From Halalkalibacillus halophilus DSM 18494 (GTDB taxonomy: Bacteria; Bacillota; Bacilli; Bacillales; Alkalibacillaceae): DNA of 24,000 bases. Each line of letters starts with the position of its first letter. Position 1 is the stretch's first letter. Under the pieces are notes generated by a model. That model did no database searches. It worked only from the letters and a program-made list of their open reading frames with translations, and was not told the origin of the DNA. The position numbers and the translations under genes were made by a program. The stretch spans positions 362,810-386,809 of the forward strand of contig NZ_AUHI01000004.1 of assembly GCF_000423105.1 (NCBI RefSeq). Reading direction: 5' to 3'. Below, one piece after another: positions 1-8,389 of the stretch.

Positions 1-1265
1 GTACGCACAATGGAAAAAAACTATTTTTGTCACCTGGAAATGACCAATTGCTACAAGTTATTCAACAAGTATATGGAGCGAAAATTGTGCAAGATATGCT
101 GAAAATTGAAAATAGCTCATTAGATTATCGAATAACAGGTTTTATTGCAAAGCCTGAAAATGCCCGGTCTAACCGGAATTATATCTCTCTATTAGTGAAC
201 GGGAGATATATTAAAAACCCTGTCATTAATAAAGCGATCATGGAAGGGTTTCATACCTTCCTACCAATTGGCCGCTATCCAATTGCCGTCATTCATATGG
301 AAATGGATCCTTATTTAGTAGATGTAAATGTGCATCCTGCAAAAACCGAAGTGCGTTTTTCAAAAGAGAAAGAACTCTATCAAATTGTGAAAGATACAGT
401 ATACAAAGCACTTCACCAGGAAACACTGATCCCAGAAGGTCGAAAGAAACACAAAGATACGAGTGAACAAACTACTTTCGACTTTTCTTCGACCAATCAT
501 GTACAAGAAACACAGGCGCCACTAAGTGGAAACTTTGATACTCCTAAAAGAGTGTTTACTGAACAGCCAGCTACTACACCTTCCTCTGATTCTATAAATG
601 AATCTAGTAACAAGGAAGACTCTTCTTTCACGAATGAGGGGGAATTACTCGGTAAGAACACAAAGGAAGATACACCCACAGAAAGAATGCCTGTTGTTTA
701 CCCTATAGGTCAGTTGCGTGGAACTTATATTTTAGCGCAAAACGAAGAAGGGTTTTATATGATCGACCAACATGCTGCTCAAGAACGTATTAAGTATGAA
801 TTTTATAAAGATAAACTCGGGAATCCAGAACATGAGCTTCAAGAATTACTCGTTCCATTAACGTTTGATTTTTCACAAAATGAATCAATCATGATTGAAA
901 CTAAAAAAGCGGAATTAGAAGCTGTTGGTTTGATCTTAGAAGGCTTCGGAGATCGAAGTTATATTGTACGTGCACACCCTAGTTGGTTTCCAACAGGGGA
1001 AGAAGAACAAATTATAAGAGATATGGTAGAGGACCTAGTGACAGACCGTGCCATTAATATTGAAAAGCTACGAGAAGAAGCTGCCATTCTATTATCATGC
1101 AAGCGATCGATTAAAGCGAATCATTATTTAAATCATGCTGAAATGGAATATCTCCTTCAGGAACTAAGAGCGTGTGTTGATCCATTTACATGTCCACACG
1201 GTAGACCAATTGTTGTTCACTTTAGTGATTATGAGATTCAACGTATGTTTAAACGAATTATGTAA
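1..1265 (+). CDS. mutL: DNA mismatch repair protein MutL, C-terminal part (5' partial; the reading frame is open from base 3, so the listed TTG at 27 is not the true start)
   Basis: The frame beginning at base 3 reads THNGKKLFLSPGND... with no stop. The translation has MutL-typical blocks (NRNYISLLVNGRYIKN, DVNVHPAKTEVRF) and the C-terminal dimerisation/endonuclease region (YMIDQHAAQERIKYE, FTCPHGRP). mutL-miaA-hfq synteny supports the call. Confidence 0.93.
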   Translation, partial: THNGKKLFLSPGNDQLLQVIQQVYGAKIVQDMLKIENSSLDYRITGFIAKPENARSNRNYISLLVNGRYIKNPVINKAIMEGFHTFLPIGRYPIAVIHMEMDPYLVDVNVHPAKTEVRFSKEKELYQIVKDTVYKALHQETLIPEGRKKHKDTSEQTTFDFSSTNHVQETQAPLSGNFDTPKRVFTEQPATTPSSDSINESSNKEDSSFTNEGELLGKNTKEDTPTERMPVVYPIGQLRGTYILAQNEEGFYMIDQHAAQERIKYEFYKDKLGNPEHELQELLVPLTFDFSQNESIMIETKKAELEAVGLILEGFGDRSYIVRAHPSWFPTGEEEQIIRDMVEDLVTDRAINIEKLREEAAILLSCKRSIKANHYLNHAEMEYLLQELRACVDPFTCPHGRPIVVHFSDYEIQRMFKRIM

Positions 1266-1278
1266 GAAGGGGTAAAAT

Positions 1279-2223
1279 ATGAAACAAAAAGTGATTAGTG
1301 TCGTAGGACCTACTGCTGTTGGTAAATCTAAGCTTGGGGTGGAGTTAGCGAAACAGTTTGGTGGAGAAATTATTAATGGTGATTCTATGCAAATATATCA
1401 AGAGTTTGATATAGGAACTGCGAAGGTTTCAAAGGAAGAACAAGATGGGATTATCCATCATTTATTAGATTTCAAATCACCACAAGAAGGTTATTCAGCT
1501 GCTGAATTTCAAACAGATGTGAGTAGAGAGATCACCTTCGTTTCTAAGAATAATAAGTTACCGATCATTGTAGGAGGTACGGGATTTTATATCCATGCGG
1601 CATTATATGGCTTTAATTTTTCAGAGGCTAAAAGAGACGAACGTTATGTAAATGAAATGTTAAAGTCTATCGATGAAATTGGCGTAGAACCTTATTTTGA
1701 AAGGTTGAAAAAAATAGATCCAGTTCAAGCTAATAAAATGGATCCTCAAAATATAAGACGTGTGATAAGAGCTTTAGAAGTGTACGATACTACCGGAAAG
1801 ACGATGAGTGATTATCAACAAGAGCAGATTGCAGAAGCGCCATATAATAGTTTTATTATAGGACTAGACATGGACCGGGAGCTATTGTATGAACGAATCA
1901 ATAGTCGAGTGGATGAAATGCTAGAGGCTGGTCTAGAACAAGAAGTAAAACATTTATACTATGTTTATGGGGAAGATATCCAAGCAATGCAAGGAATTGG
2001 TTACAAAGAGTTTATTCCTTACCTGAAAGGGGAAAACTCTCTTGAAGAAGTAGCTGCTTCTATAAAGCAAAACACTAGACGTTTTGCTAAAAGACAGCTT
2101 ACCTATTATCGCAACAAATTACCCCATGTAAATTGGTATACTGTACATCCTTCGACATATGAAGAAAGTTTCACAACAATTTTTCAAGATGTGGCAGGAT
2201 TTTTACAAACGGGTAAAGAATAA
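1279..2223 (+). CDS. miaA: tRNA dimethylallyltransferase
   Basis: N-terminal P-loop VVGPTAVGKS is followed by GEIINGDSMQIYQEFDIGTAK, as in MiaA. The ATG lies 13 nt after the mutL stop and has an AAGGGG RBS. The gene sits directly upstream of hfq. Confidence 0.93.
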   Translation: MKQKVISVVGPTAVGKSKLGVELAKQFGGEIINGDSMQIYQEFDIGTAKVSKEEQDGIIHHLLDFKSPQEGYSAAEFQTDVSREITFVSKNNKLPIIVGGTGFYIHAALYGFNFSEAKRDERYVNEMLKSIDEIGVEPYFERLKKIDPVQANKMDPQNIRRVIRALEVYDTTGKTMSDYQQEQIAEAPYNSFIIGLDMDRELLYERINSRVDEMLEAGLEQEVKHLYYVYGEDIQAMQGIGYKEFIPYLKGENSLEEVAASIKQNTRRFAKRQLTYYRNKLPHVNWYTVHPSTYEESFTTIFQDVAGFLQTGKE

Positions 2224-2255
2224 CTTAAGTATTAGATAGATAGAGGAGGAATTGT

Positions 2256-2474
2256 ATGGCGAATGCTAATGTTCAAGACCAGTACTTAAATCAATTGAGA
2301 AAAGAAAAGGTTCAATTAACGGTGTTTCTTACGAACGGTTTTCAATTAAGAGGTGTAATCAAGTCCTTTGACAATTTCACAATCTTAATGGAAACAGATG
2401 GAAAACAACAATTGATTTTTAAACACGCCATTTCTACATTTGCACCATCGAAGAATCTTGATCTGGATTTATAA
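2256..2474 (+). CDS. hfq: RNA chaperone Hfq
   Basis: The 72-aa protein carries Sm1/Sm2 motifs ([41 protein letters not shown]...LIFKHAIST). A strong RBS AGAGGAGG precedes the start. Confidence 0.95.
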   Translation: MANANVQDQYLNQLRKEKVQLTVFLTNGFQLRGVIKSFDNFTILMETDGKQQLIFKHAISTFAPSKNLDLDL

Positions 2475-2493
2475 AATTATTTTATCCCTTTAA

Positions 2494-2531
2494 GTCTATC
2501 ATCTCGTATAGGTGATAGGCTTATTCATTTT
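2494..2531 (+). terminator. Putative intrinsic terminator after hfq
   Basis: A 10-bp stem pairs GTCTATCATC (2494-2503) with GGTGATAGGC (2511-2520), including two G-U pairs. The loop is 7 nt and T-rich TTATTCATTTT follows. Confidence 0.55.
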
Positions 2532-2566
2532 AATTACTCGTAATAGAAAAGCAAAGGAGTTTGTTT

Positions 2567-3799
2567 ATGCAAGAACAAGTTGTATTAGTAGGTTGCCATA
2601 CCTCCAAACAATCAGAAGAAACATTCGAATCTTCCATGGAAGAATTAAAACGATTAGCAGAAACAGTCGATTCAAATATAGTTGCAGTGTTTACGCAAAA
2701 GAGAGAACGGATCCAACCTTCTCATTATCTAGGGAAAGGAAAGACGGAAGAAATTGCTACTTTTATAGAAGAAAATGAAGTAGATGTCGTCATTGTGGAC
2801 CAAGAGTTATCTCCAACGCAATCTCGTAACCTTTCGAACGAATGGGAAGCGAGAGTTATTGATCGAACGCAATTAATCTTAGATATATTTGCGATGCGTG
2901 CGCAAACAAAAGAAGGTAAGTTACAGGTAGAGTTAGCTCAGCTTCAATACCTCCTTCCAAGGTTGCACGGCCAAGGTACTTCTTTATCTCGTTTAGGTGG
3001 TGGAATTGGAACCCGTGGACCTGGTGAAACAAAGTTAGAGTCCGACCAGCGTCATATAAGAAGAAGAATAACTGAAATAAAGCGCTCGATTGAACAAGTG
3101 GTCAACCAACGGAAACAATATAGAGAACGAAGAAAAAAGAACGCAGCCTTTCAAATTGCATTAGTGGGATATACGAACGCTGGAAAGTCGACCATTTTCA
3201 ATCAGTTAGGTAAAACAGATATGCTAGCAGAGGATAAATTGTTTGCAACACTCGATCCGAAAACAAATAAAATAAAGCTCCCGAGTGGATTTCAACCGAT
3301 CCTTTCAGATACTGTAGGATTTATTCAACATCTCCCTACGACGCTTATTGCAGCTTTCCGCTCAACATTAGAAGAAGTGCTAGAAGCGGATTTGATTTTA
3401 CATGTGGTAGATAGTTCTAATCCGCAAATTGTGGATCAAGAACAGACGGTTAAAGATATATTGACGGAACTTGGTGCAAGTCATATCCCTGTATTAACGG
3501 TATACAATAAATCTGATCAAACATCAGAAGATTTCATTCCTTATTCTACCCCCCATATTTTAATGAGTGCACATAGGAATGAAGACATGATTCGTTTAAA
3601 ATCAAAAATAGAAGAAACTTTGTTACACTACTTTGATGCATATGAAGTAAAACTTAATAGTGATCAAGGGAAAAAGCTTGATACGTTAAAAAGAGAAACG
3701 ATTGTAGCGGAAGAGTCTTTTATAAAAGAAGACGAGACATACCATTTACTTGGATATGTACACACACACTCACCTCTTTATCAAGAATTGGTTAAATAA
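2567..3799 (+). CDS. hflX: GTPase HflX (B. subtilis YnbA-type)
   Basis: The HflX N-terminal domain motif (LDIFAMRAQTKEGKLQVELAQLQY, GGGIGTRGPGETKLE) is followed by a G domain (GYTNAGKST, DTVGF, NKSD). I prefer the ATG at 2567, 7 nt after the AAAGGAG RBS. The track's TTG at 2561 is only 1 nt after the RBS. Confidence 0.9.
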   Translation: MQEQVVLVGCHTSKQSEETFESSMEELKRLAETVDSNIVAVFTQKRERIQPSHYLGKGKTEEIATFIEENEVDVVIVDQELSPTQSRNLSNEWEARVIDRTQLILDIFAMRAQTKEGKLQVELAQLQYLLPRLHGQGTSLSRLGGGIGTRGPGETKLESDQRHIRRRITEIKRSIEQVVNQRKQYRERRKKNAAFQIALVGYTNAGKSTIFNQLGKTDMLAEDKLFATLDPKTNKIKLPSGFQPILSDTVGFIQHLPTTLIAAFRSTLEEVLEADLILHVVDSSNPQIVDQEQTVKDILTELGASHIPVLTVYNKSDQTSEDFIPYSTPHILMSAHRNEDMIRLKSKIEETLLHYFDAYEVKLNSDQGKKLDTLKRETIVAEESFIKEDETYHLLGYVHTHSPLYQELVK

Positions 3800-3810
3800 A
3801 GGAGCTCATC

Positions 3811-5046
3811 ATGAAAGAAGAAACACTTACTTTAATGAATGATATAGAAAATAAAATTATAGATCATCTGCAAGACGTTCGTAATATTGTAACGTGGAAT
3901 CAAGAAAAAGTTTTAGCTGCTTTTCGGTATTTACGCGTAGGGGATGTACATTTTAATCCGACCACAGGGTATGGGTATGATGATCTTGGCAGAGAAAAAT
4001 TAGAAGAACTTTATGCTGCTATTTTTCATACGGAAGACGCATTAGTTCGCCAGCAAATGGTGTCTGGAACACATGCAATTTCTACAGCATTGTTTGCGAT
4101 ACTAAGACCAGGAGACACGATATTGTCGCTTACTGGCAATCCTTACGACACGCTTGAAGGTGTGATTGGAGCGTCGAAACCAGTTGATGGCTCTTTAACC
4201 GATTATGGGATTTTGTATCAAGTAGCGGGTCTTCTACCAAATGGGTCAATCAATTATTCGTTAATAGAAGAACAACTAAAAAATAAGCCTAAAGCTGTAA
4301 TGATTCAGCGCTCCAGAGGATATGCAGATAGGCCTTCTTTTCATATTGAAGAAATAAAGACTTTGATTCAATTTGTGAAAGAGCGTTCACCTGAAACGAT
4401 TATTTTTGTTGATAATTGTTACGGGGAATTTGTGGAAACACAAGAACCAACTGATGTTGGAGCTGACTTGATCGCTGGTTCTCTTATTAAAAATCCTGGT
4501 GCGGGGATTGTGAAAACGGGCGGATATATAGCCGGAAAGAAATATTTAATTGAAAAATGTGCCAACCGACTTACTGCACCCGGACTTGGTAAAGAAACAG
4601 GTGCCAGTTTAAACAGCTTACAAGAAATGTTTCAAGGGATTTTTCTAGCGCCACATACAGTTGGAGAAGCACTCAAAGGAGCGTACTTCACAGCGCAACT
4701 CTTAAGTGATCATGGCTATAAAACCACTCCTAGTGTGAAAGAAACAAGAACAGATCTCATTCAATCTATCACCTTTGACGATAAAGAGGCCATGGTTGCA
4801 TTTGCACAAATGATTCAGCAAAATTCGCCTATTAATGCTTACGTATCTCCTCAACCAAGTTATATGCCTGGTTATGAGCATGACGTAATTATGGCTGCGG
4901 GTACGTTTATTCAAGGAGCTAGTTTAGAATTAACTGCAGATGGACCGATTCGGCCGCCGTATACACTTTTCGTGCAAGGTGGTTTAACTTATGAACATGT
5001 GAAGATCGCAATTGTTCAAGGAATACAAGCTTTACAACAAAAATAA
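3811..5046 (+). CDS. YnbB-family PLP-dependent enzyme (methionine gamma-lyase-like, 'aluminium resistance' family)
   Basis: The 411-aa protein occupies the conserved position between hflX and glnR. The sequence (GYGYDDLGREKLEELYA..., IQRSRGYADRPSF, GSLIKNPGAG) resembles B. subtilis YnbB. An AAAGGAG RBS precedes it. Confidence 0.75.
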   Translation: MKEETLTLMNDIENKIIDHLQDVRNIVTWNQEKVLAAFRYLRVGDVHFNPTTGYGYDDLGREKLEELYAAIFHTEDALVRQQMVSGTHAISTALFAILRPGDTILSLTGNPYDTLEGVIGASKPVDGSLTDYGILYQVAGLLPNGSINYSLIEEQLKNKPKAVMIQRSRGYADRPSFHIEEIKTLIQFVKERSPETIIFVDNCYGEFVETQEPTDVGADLIAGSLIKNPGAGIVKTGGYIAGKKYLIEKCANRLTAPGLGKETGASLNSLQEMFQGIFLAPHTVGEALKGAYFTAQLLSDHGYKTTPSVKETRTDLIQSITFDDKEAMVAFAQMIQQNSPINAYVSPQPSYMPGYEHDVIMAAGTFIQGASLELTADGPIRPPYTLFVQGGLTYEHVKIAIVQGIQALQQK

Positions 5047-5052
5047 TTTATC

Positions 5053-5088
5053 AACAGCATAGCTTTTTTGGTTATGCTGTTTTATTTT
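5053..5088 (+). terminator. Intrinsic terminator after ynbB-like gene
   Basis: A 9-bp perfect stem pairs AACAGCATA (5053-5061) with TATGCTGTT (5073-5081). TTATTTT follows. Confidence 0.65.
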
Positions 5089-5119
5089 GGGGTATTAAAT
5101 AGAATAGATAATAAATTCA

Positions 5120-5136
5120 TGTAAACTTTCTTAACA
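5120..5136 (+). promoter_or_regulatory. GlnR/TnrA operator 1 (perfect TGTNA-N7-TNACA)
   Basis: TGTAA-ACTTTCT-TAACA matches the published GlnR/TnrA consensus exactly. It lies just upstream of the glnRA promoter. Confidence 0.8.
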
Positions 5137-5140
5137 TCAG

Positions 5141-5169
5141 TTGACAACTTAAGTTACATGTAATAAACT
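5141..5169 (+). promoter_or_regulatory. glnRA promoter with overlapping GlnR/TnrA operator 2
   Basis: The -35 TTGACA (5141-5146) is separated by a 17-nt spacer from the -10 TAAACT (5164-5169). The second operator, TGACA-ACTTAAG-TTACA at 5142-5158, has one mismatch to the consensus and overlaps the -35, as in the B. subtilis glnRA control region. Confidence 0.65.
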
Positions 5170-5193
5170 GAATATTAAGTTGGAGGTGTTGAT

Positions 5194-5610
5194 GTGGATT
5201 TACAAGATAGAAAATCAATGCCCTTGTTTCCTATGAGTATCGTGAGTGAATTGACAGATTTATCAGGTCGTCAAATCAGATACTATGAAGAAAAAGGCTT
5301 GGTGACTCCGGTTCGATCAAAAGGTAATAGACGATTATTCTCGTTTTATGATGTTGATCGTTTGTTAGAGATAAAGCAATTAATTGATCAGGGAGTTAAC
5401 ATGGCTGGAATTCAACATGTTTTAAAAATGAAAGAAGAACAGGTTCGTGAACAGGAGCAAGAACCTACACCTCCTACTGAACCGGAAGTAATGAAGAAAG
5501 ATTTATCAGAGAAACAACTGCATCAATTACTTCGAAAAGAACTAATGGAATCAGGTTACCAAAATCATTCATCGATTGTTAAAGGGGAACTATCAAGGTT
5601 CTACCATTAA
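5194..5610 (+). CDS. glnR: MerR-family nitrogen regulator GlnR
   Basis: The MerR HTH (PLFPMSIVSELTDLSGRQIRYYEEKGLVTP) sits immediately upstream of glnA. The start is GTG, preceded by a GGAGGTG RBS. Confidence 0.9.
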   Translation: MDLQDRKSMPLFPMSIVSELTDLSGRQIRYYEEKGLVTPVRSKGNRRLFSFYDVDRLLEIKQLIDQGVNMAGIQHVLKMKEEQVREQEQEPTPPTEPEVMKKDLSEKQLHQLLRKELMESGYQNHSSIVKGELSRFYH

Positions 5611-5640
5611 TAATAAAACAATTTCTGGGAGGAAAATATT

Positions 5641-6975
5641 TTGCCAAAGATTACGAAAGAAGACATTTACAAACGTATTGAAGAAGAAAACGTGAGGTTC
5701 ATTCGATTACAGTTTACCGATCTTCTAGGAACAATCAAAAACGTTGAAATCCCATTAAGTCAGCTGGATAAAGCGTTAGACAACCAAATGATGTTCGATG
5801 GTTCATCCATTGAAGGGTTTGTGCGGATTGAGGAGTCAGATATGCAACTATCTCCTGACTTAGATTCATTTGTAGTATTCCCTTGGACATCTGAAAAAGG
5901 AAAAGTTGCTCGTTTTATCTGTGATATTTACAACCCAGATGGTACACCATTTGAAGGGTGCCCTCGTTATAATTTAAAACGTAATTTAAAACATATGGAA
6001 GACTTAGGTTTTACGGCATTTAACATTGGTACAGAACCAGAATTCTTCTTATTCAAGTTAGATGAAAAAGGCGAACCATCCATGGAATTAAATGATAAAG
6101 GTGGCTATTTTGACTTAGCACCAACGGACTTAGGGGAAAACTGCCGTCGTGACATCGTTTTAGAGCTTGAAGAAATGGGCTTTGAAATTGAAGCATCTCA
6201 CCACGAAGTAGCACCTGGTCAACACGAAATTGACTTTAAATATTCTGATGCAGTGAAACACTGTGATGATATTCAAACGTTCAAATTAGTTGTTAAGACT
6301 ATTGCGCGTAAACACGGTTTGCATGCAACATTCATGCCAAAACCATTATTCGGTGTGAACGGTTCAGGAATGCACGCAAACATGTCTCTATTTAAAGGGA
6401 AAGAAAATGCTTTCTTCGATAAAAAAGGAGAAGAGCAGTTAAGTGAAATCGCTCACCAATTCACAGCCGGGATCATTAAACACGCAGTTAACTTCACAGC
6501 GGTAACAAACCCTACAGTTAACTCTTATAAGCGTTTAGTTCCAGGGTATGAAGCGCCATGTTACGTAGCTTGGTCTGGTCAAAACCGTAGTCCATTAGTG
6601 CGTGTTCCATCTTCTCGTGGACTAAGTACTCGTATTGAAGTACGTAGTGTGGACCCTGCAGCAAATCCTTATATGGCAATGGCTGTTATGCTAGCTGCTG
6701 GACTTGACGGCGTGGAAAACAAATTAACAGCTCCAGAACCAGTAGATCGTAACATCTATGTAATGGATAAAGAAGAACGTGAAGCGAATGGTGTTCAAGA
6801 TTTACCAGCAACGCTTAACGATGCTCTTCAAAAACTAAAAGAAGATAGCACGATTTCTGCTGCTCTAGGTGAACACTTATTAGAACACTTCCTAGAAGCA
6901 AAAGAAATTGAATGGGATATGTTCCGTACGCAAGTTCACCCTTGGGAACGTGAACAGTATATGAATAGTTATTAA
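5641..6975 (+). CDS. glnA: Glutamine synthetase type I
   Basis: The 444-aa protein is colinear with Bacillus GlnA ([55 protein letters not shown]). A TTG start lies 8 nt after the GGGAGG RBS, and the N-terminus aligns with B. subtilis GlnA. Confidence 0.96.
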   Translation: MPKITKEDIYKRIEEENVRFIRLQFTDLLGTIKNVEIPLSQLDKALDNQMMFDGSSIEGFVRIEESDMQLSPDLDSFVVFPWTSEKGKVARFICDIYNPDGTPFEGCPRYNLKRNLKHMEDLGFTAFNIGTEPEFFLFKLDEKGEPSMELNDKGGYFDLAPTDLGENCRRDIVLELEEMGFEIEASHHEVAPGQHEIDFKYSDAVKHCDDIQTFKLVVKTIARKHGLHATFMPKPLFGVNGSGMHANMSLFKGKENAFFDKKGEEQLSEIAHQFTAGIIKHAVNFTAVTNPTVNSYKRLVPGYEAPCYVAWSGQNRSPLVRVPSSRGLSTRIEVRSVDPAANPYMAMAVMLAAGLDGVENKLTAPEPVDRNIYVMDKEEREANGVQDLPATLNDALQKLKEDSTISAALGEHLLEHFLEAKEIEWDMFRTQVHPWEREQYMNSY

Positions 6976-6983
6976 ACCTTTAG

Positions 6984-7018
6984 ACCTCTTGAGCTATAAC
7001 GGCTCAAGAGGTTTTTTT
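6984..7018 (+). terminator. Intrinsic terminator after glnA
   Basis: An 11-bp perfect stem pairs ACCTCTTGAGC with GCTCAAGAGGT. A run of seven T follows. Confidence 0.9.
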
Positions 7019-7071
7019 GAATAATATAAATGATTAGACCTGACACTTTCTTAGTAGTGTCAGGCTTTTGT

Positions 7072-7677
7072 TTAGTAGTGACTATTGGGAGAGTACGAAT
7101 AATGACTAGGGTGATGCTGATTGTTATATCCCATATAATGATCCTTCTTACAGTCGCTGTATGGTCCTATATAAGTGCTTGGTTTTATTGGTGCAGTGAC
7201 ATTTACCCACTCTTCTTCATTCATACAATACGTATGAGCCATGACATTTGCAGGGGTTAGTGCTAATATGTCAGATCCTAAAACGACTTCTGGATTTGCT
7301 GCATCGAATACGGCTAATAAATGAGTATGATCTTCTAATGCTACTATATAGTGCCACCATCCTTGTGGAATATTTACTATTTGCCCTGGTGTGATACAAA
7401 AATGCAAATACTCTTTGGTGAATGGATTTAATAGGGATACTTCTGCTTGCCCGGATATACAATAGACGATCTCTGAAGCGTTTTGGTGATAATGCGGCTC
7501 TACAACATTCCCTCTACTTAAAAAAATATCAAGCAGGGAGGAGTGCTGTAAGCTGTTTAACTGCGCTTGCCCTGCTACATTAATTAAATTTTGTCTATCC
7601 TTAACGAACAAATGACTGTTATTCATATTAAAGAAATATTGAACAGATGGAGAAGTGTAATCGATTTGATTTGTCAT
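7072..7677 (-). CDS. Single-domain cupin protein with His/Tyr/Ser-rich C-terminal tail
   Basis: The cupin core motifs are visible (EPHYHQNASEIVYCISGQAEV ... PQGWWHYIVALEDHTHLL). I prefer the start at 7677 (MTNQIDY...) because an AAGGAGG RBS precedes it. The track's extension to 7764 has no RBS. Confidence 0.65.
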   Translation of the reverse strand: MTNQIDYTSPSVQYFFNMNNSHLFVKDRQNLINVAGQAQLNSLQHSSLLDIFLSRGNVVEPHYHQNASEIVYCISGQAEVSLLNPFTKEYLHFCITPGQIVNIPQGWWHYIVALEDHTHLLAVFDAANPEVVLGSDILALTPANVMAHTYCMNEEEWVNVTAPIKPSTYIGPYSDCKKDHYMGYNNQHHPSHYSYSPNSHY

Positions 7678-7764
7678 TACTGTAACCTGCCTCCTTTTCG
7701 CTAATATTAAACTATGATTGGAGAAGAAGATGGGTGAATGCCTAAAAAAGGAAAAAAGAAACAC

Positions 7765-7794
7765 TTGTTCTGTTCAGGTGAAATATAGTATAAT
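7765..7794 (+). promoter_or_regulatory. Sigma-A type promoter of the SOS cassette
   Basis: The -35 is TTGTTC (7765-7770), the spacer is 18 nt, and the -10 is a perfect TATAAT (7789-7794). Confidence 0.6.
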
Positions 7795-7795
7795 A

Positions 7796-7809
7796 CGAAC
7801 AAACGTTCT
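7796..7809 (+). promoter_or_regulatory. LexA (DinR) box / Cheo box
   Basis: CGAACAAACGTTCT matches the Bacillus consensus CGAAC-N4-GTTCG at 13 of 14 positions. It starts 2 nt after the -10 hexamer, a position suited to repression. Confidence 0.8.
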
Positions 7810-7828
7810 TAATTGATGAGGTGACCAT

Positions 7829-8077
7829 ATGAGCAATTACTTACTGAGAAGATCATATGAAGAAAAAATGAAACTAGACATTGTCTATCTGGATCAACAG
7901 CAAGAGATGACACAGCGTGTGGTTAGGGTTGTCAGATTGGAAGAAGATTATTTTCTCGCTTTTTGTTTTACTCGTAAAAAGGTGCGCAAATTTCATAAAA
8001 ACAATTTACTTGCTGTCTATCCGTATCAACGTCAAAGGAAAGGGGAGAGGTTCTTCGATGCACCAGGATCGAGGTAG
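7829..8077 (+). CDS. Small hypothetical protein (82 aa) with a WYL-domain-like sequence pattern; first gene of the LexA-box cassette
   Basis: The ATG follows a GAGGTGA RBS. The pattern LDIVY..(9)..TQRVVRVVRL..EDYFLAFC..RKKVRKFHKNNLL resembles the WYL consensus (I.Y....R.V.P..L....WYL.A.C....R.FR.DRI). Its 3' end overlaps the next gene's start by 20 nt. Confidence 0.5.
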   Translation: MSNYLLRRSYEEKMKLDIVYLDQQQEMTQRVVRVVRLEEDYFLAFCFTRKKVRKFHKNNLLAVYPYQRQRKGERFFDAPGSR

Positions 8078-8378
8078 TATCAAATGGACGTCACTCATGC
8101 TTCCTGAGCATGTGGAGGAACTACAGGAAATTTGGAAAGAAGATTACTATGAGCCAAAGCAAATAACTGGTGATCTGAATGAGGTGCTCGAACAAATTAA
8201 TCAGGCTTACCAAATAGAACAGGATGTAAATTTGTGCTTTTATAATGGATTTCGTTATGAACATTTACATGGGAAGGTGATCTCTATTGATGCTACTAAT
8301 CAACACTTTCAATTTAAATATCATCAACGAAGCTATAAACAGATTTCTTTTACCGCGGTGAAACGTATTGATTTTTAA
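8058..8378 (+). CDS. YolD-like protein (UmuD-analogue family usually paired with Gram-positive Y-family polymerases)
   Basis: The N-terminus reads MHQDRGSIKWTSLMLPEH, matching the YolD-like signature (RG.IKW....LPEH). The ATG at 8058 follows a GGGGAGAGG RBS. The track's longer ORF from 7917 has no RBS and overlaps most of the upstream gene. The gene sits directly upstream of the polymerase. Confidence 0.7.
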   Translation: MHQDRGSIKWTSLMLPEHVEELQEIWKEDYYEPKQITGDLNEVLEQINQAYQIEQDVNLCFYNGFRYEHLHGKVISIDATNQHFQFKYHQRSYKQISFTAVKRIDF

Positions 8379-8389
8379 GGAGGGGTAGA

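Noticed and set aside
2512-2778. 88-aa plus-strand ORF overlapping the hflX 5' end
   Set aside because: It is out of frame with the well-supported hflX. Its sequence is Arg/Ile-rich junk, it begins inside the hfq terminator, and it has no RBS.
7035-7066. Second hairpin (CCTGACAC...GTGTCAGG) after the glnA terminator
   Set aside because: It could be a terminator for the convergent cupin gene. On the minus strand, though, it is not followed by a U-run, and on the plus strand it is redundant with the strong glnA terminator. It is left uncalled.
7030-7462. ORFs 7030..7260 (+) and 7271..7462 (-) inside or antisense to the cupin gene
   Set aside because: These are alternative-frame or antisense shadows of the cupin CDS. 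They have no RBS and implausible composition.
7917-8378. 153-aa ORF extension of the YolD-like gene
   Set aside because: The first 47 codons have no RBS, overlap the upstream 82-aa gene in another frame, and look hydrophobic and low-complexity. The YolD-like homology begins at the ATG at 8058, which has a good RBS.
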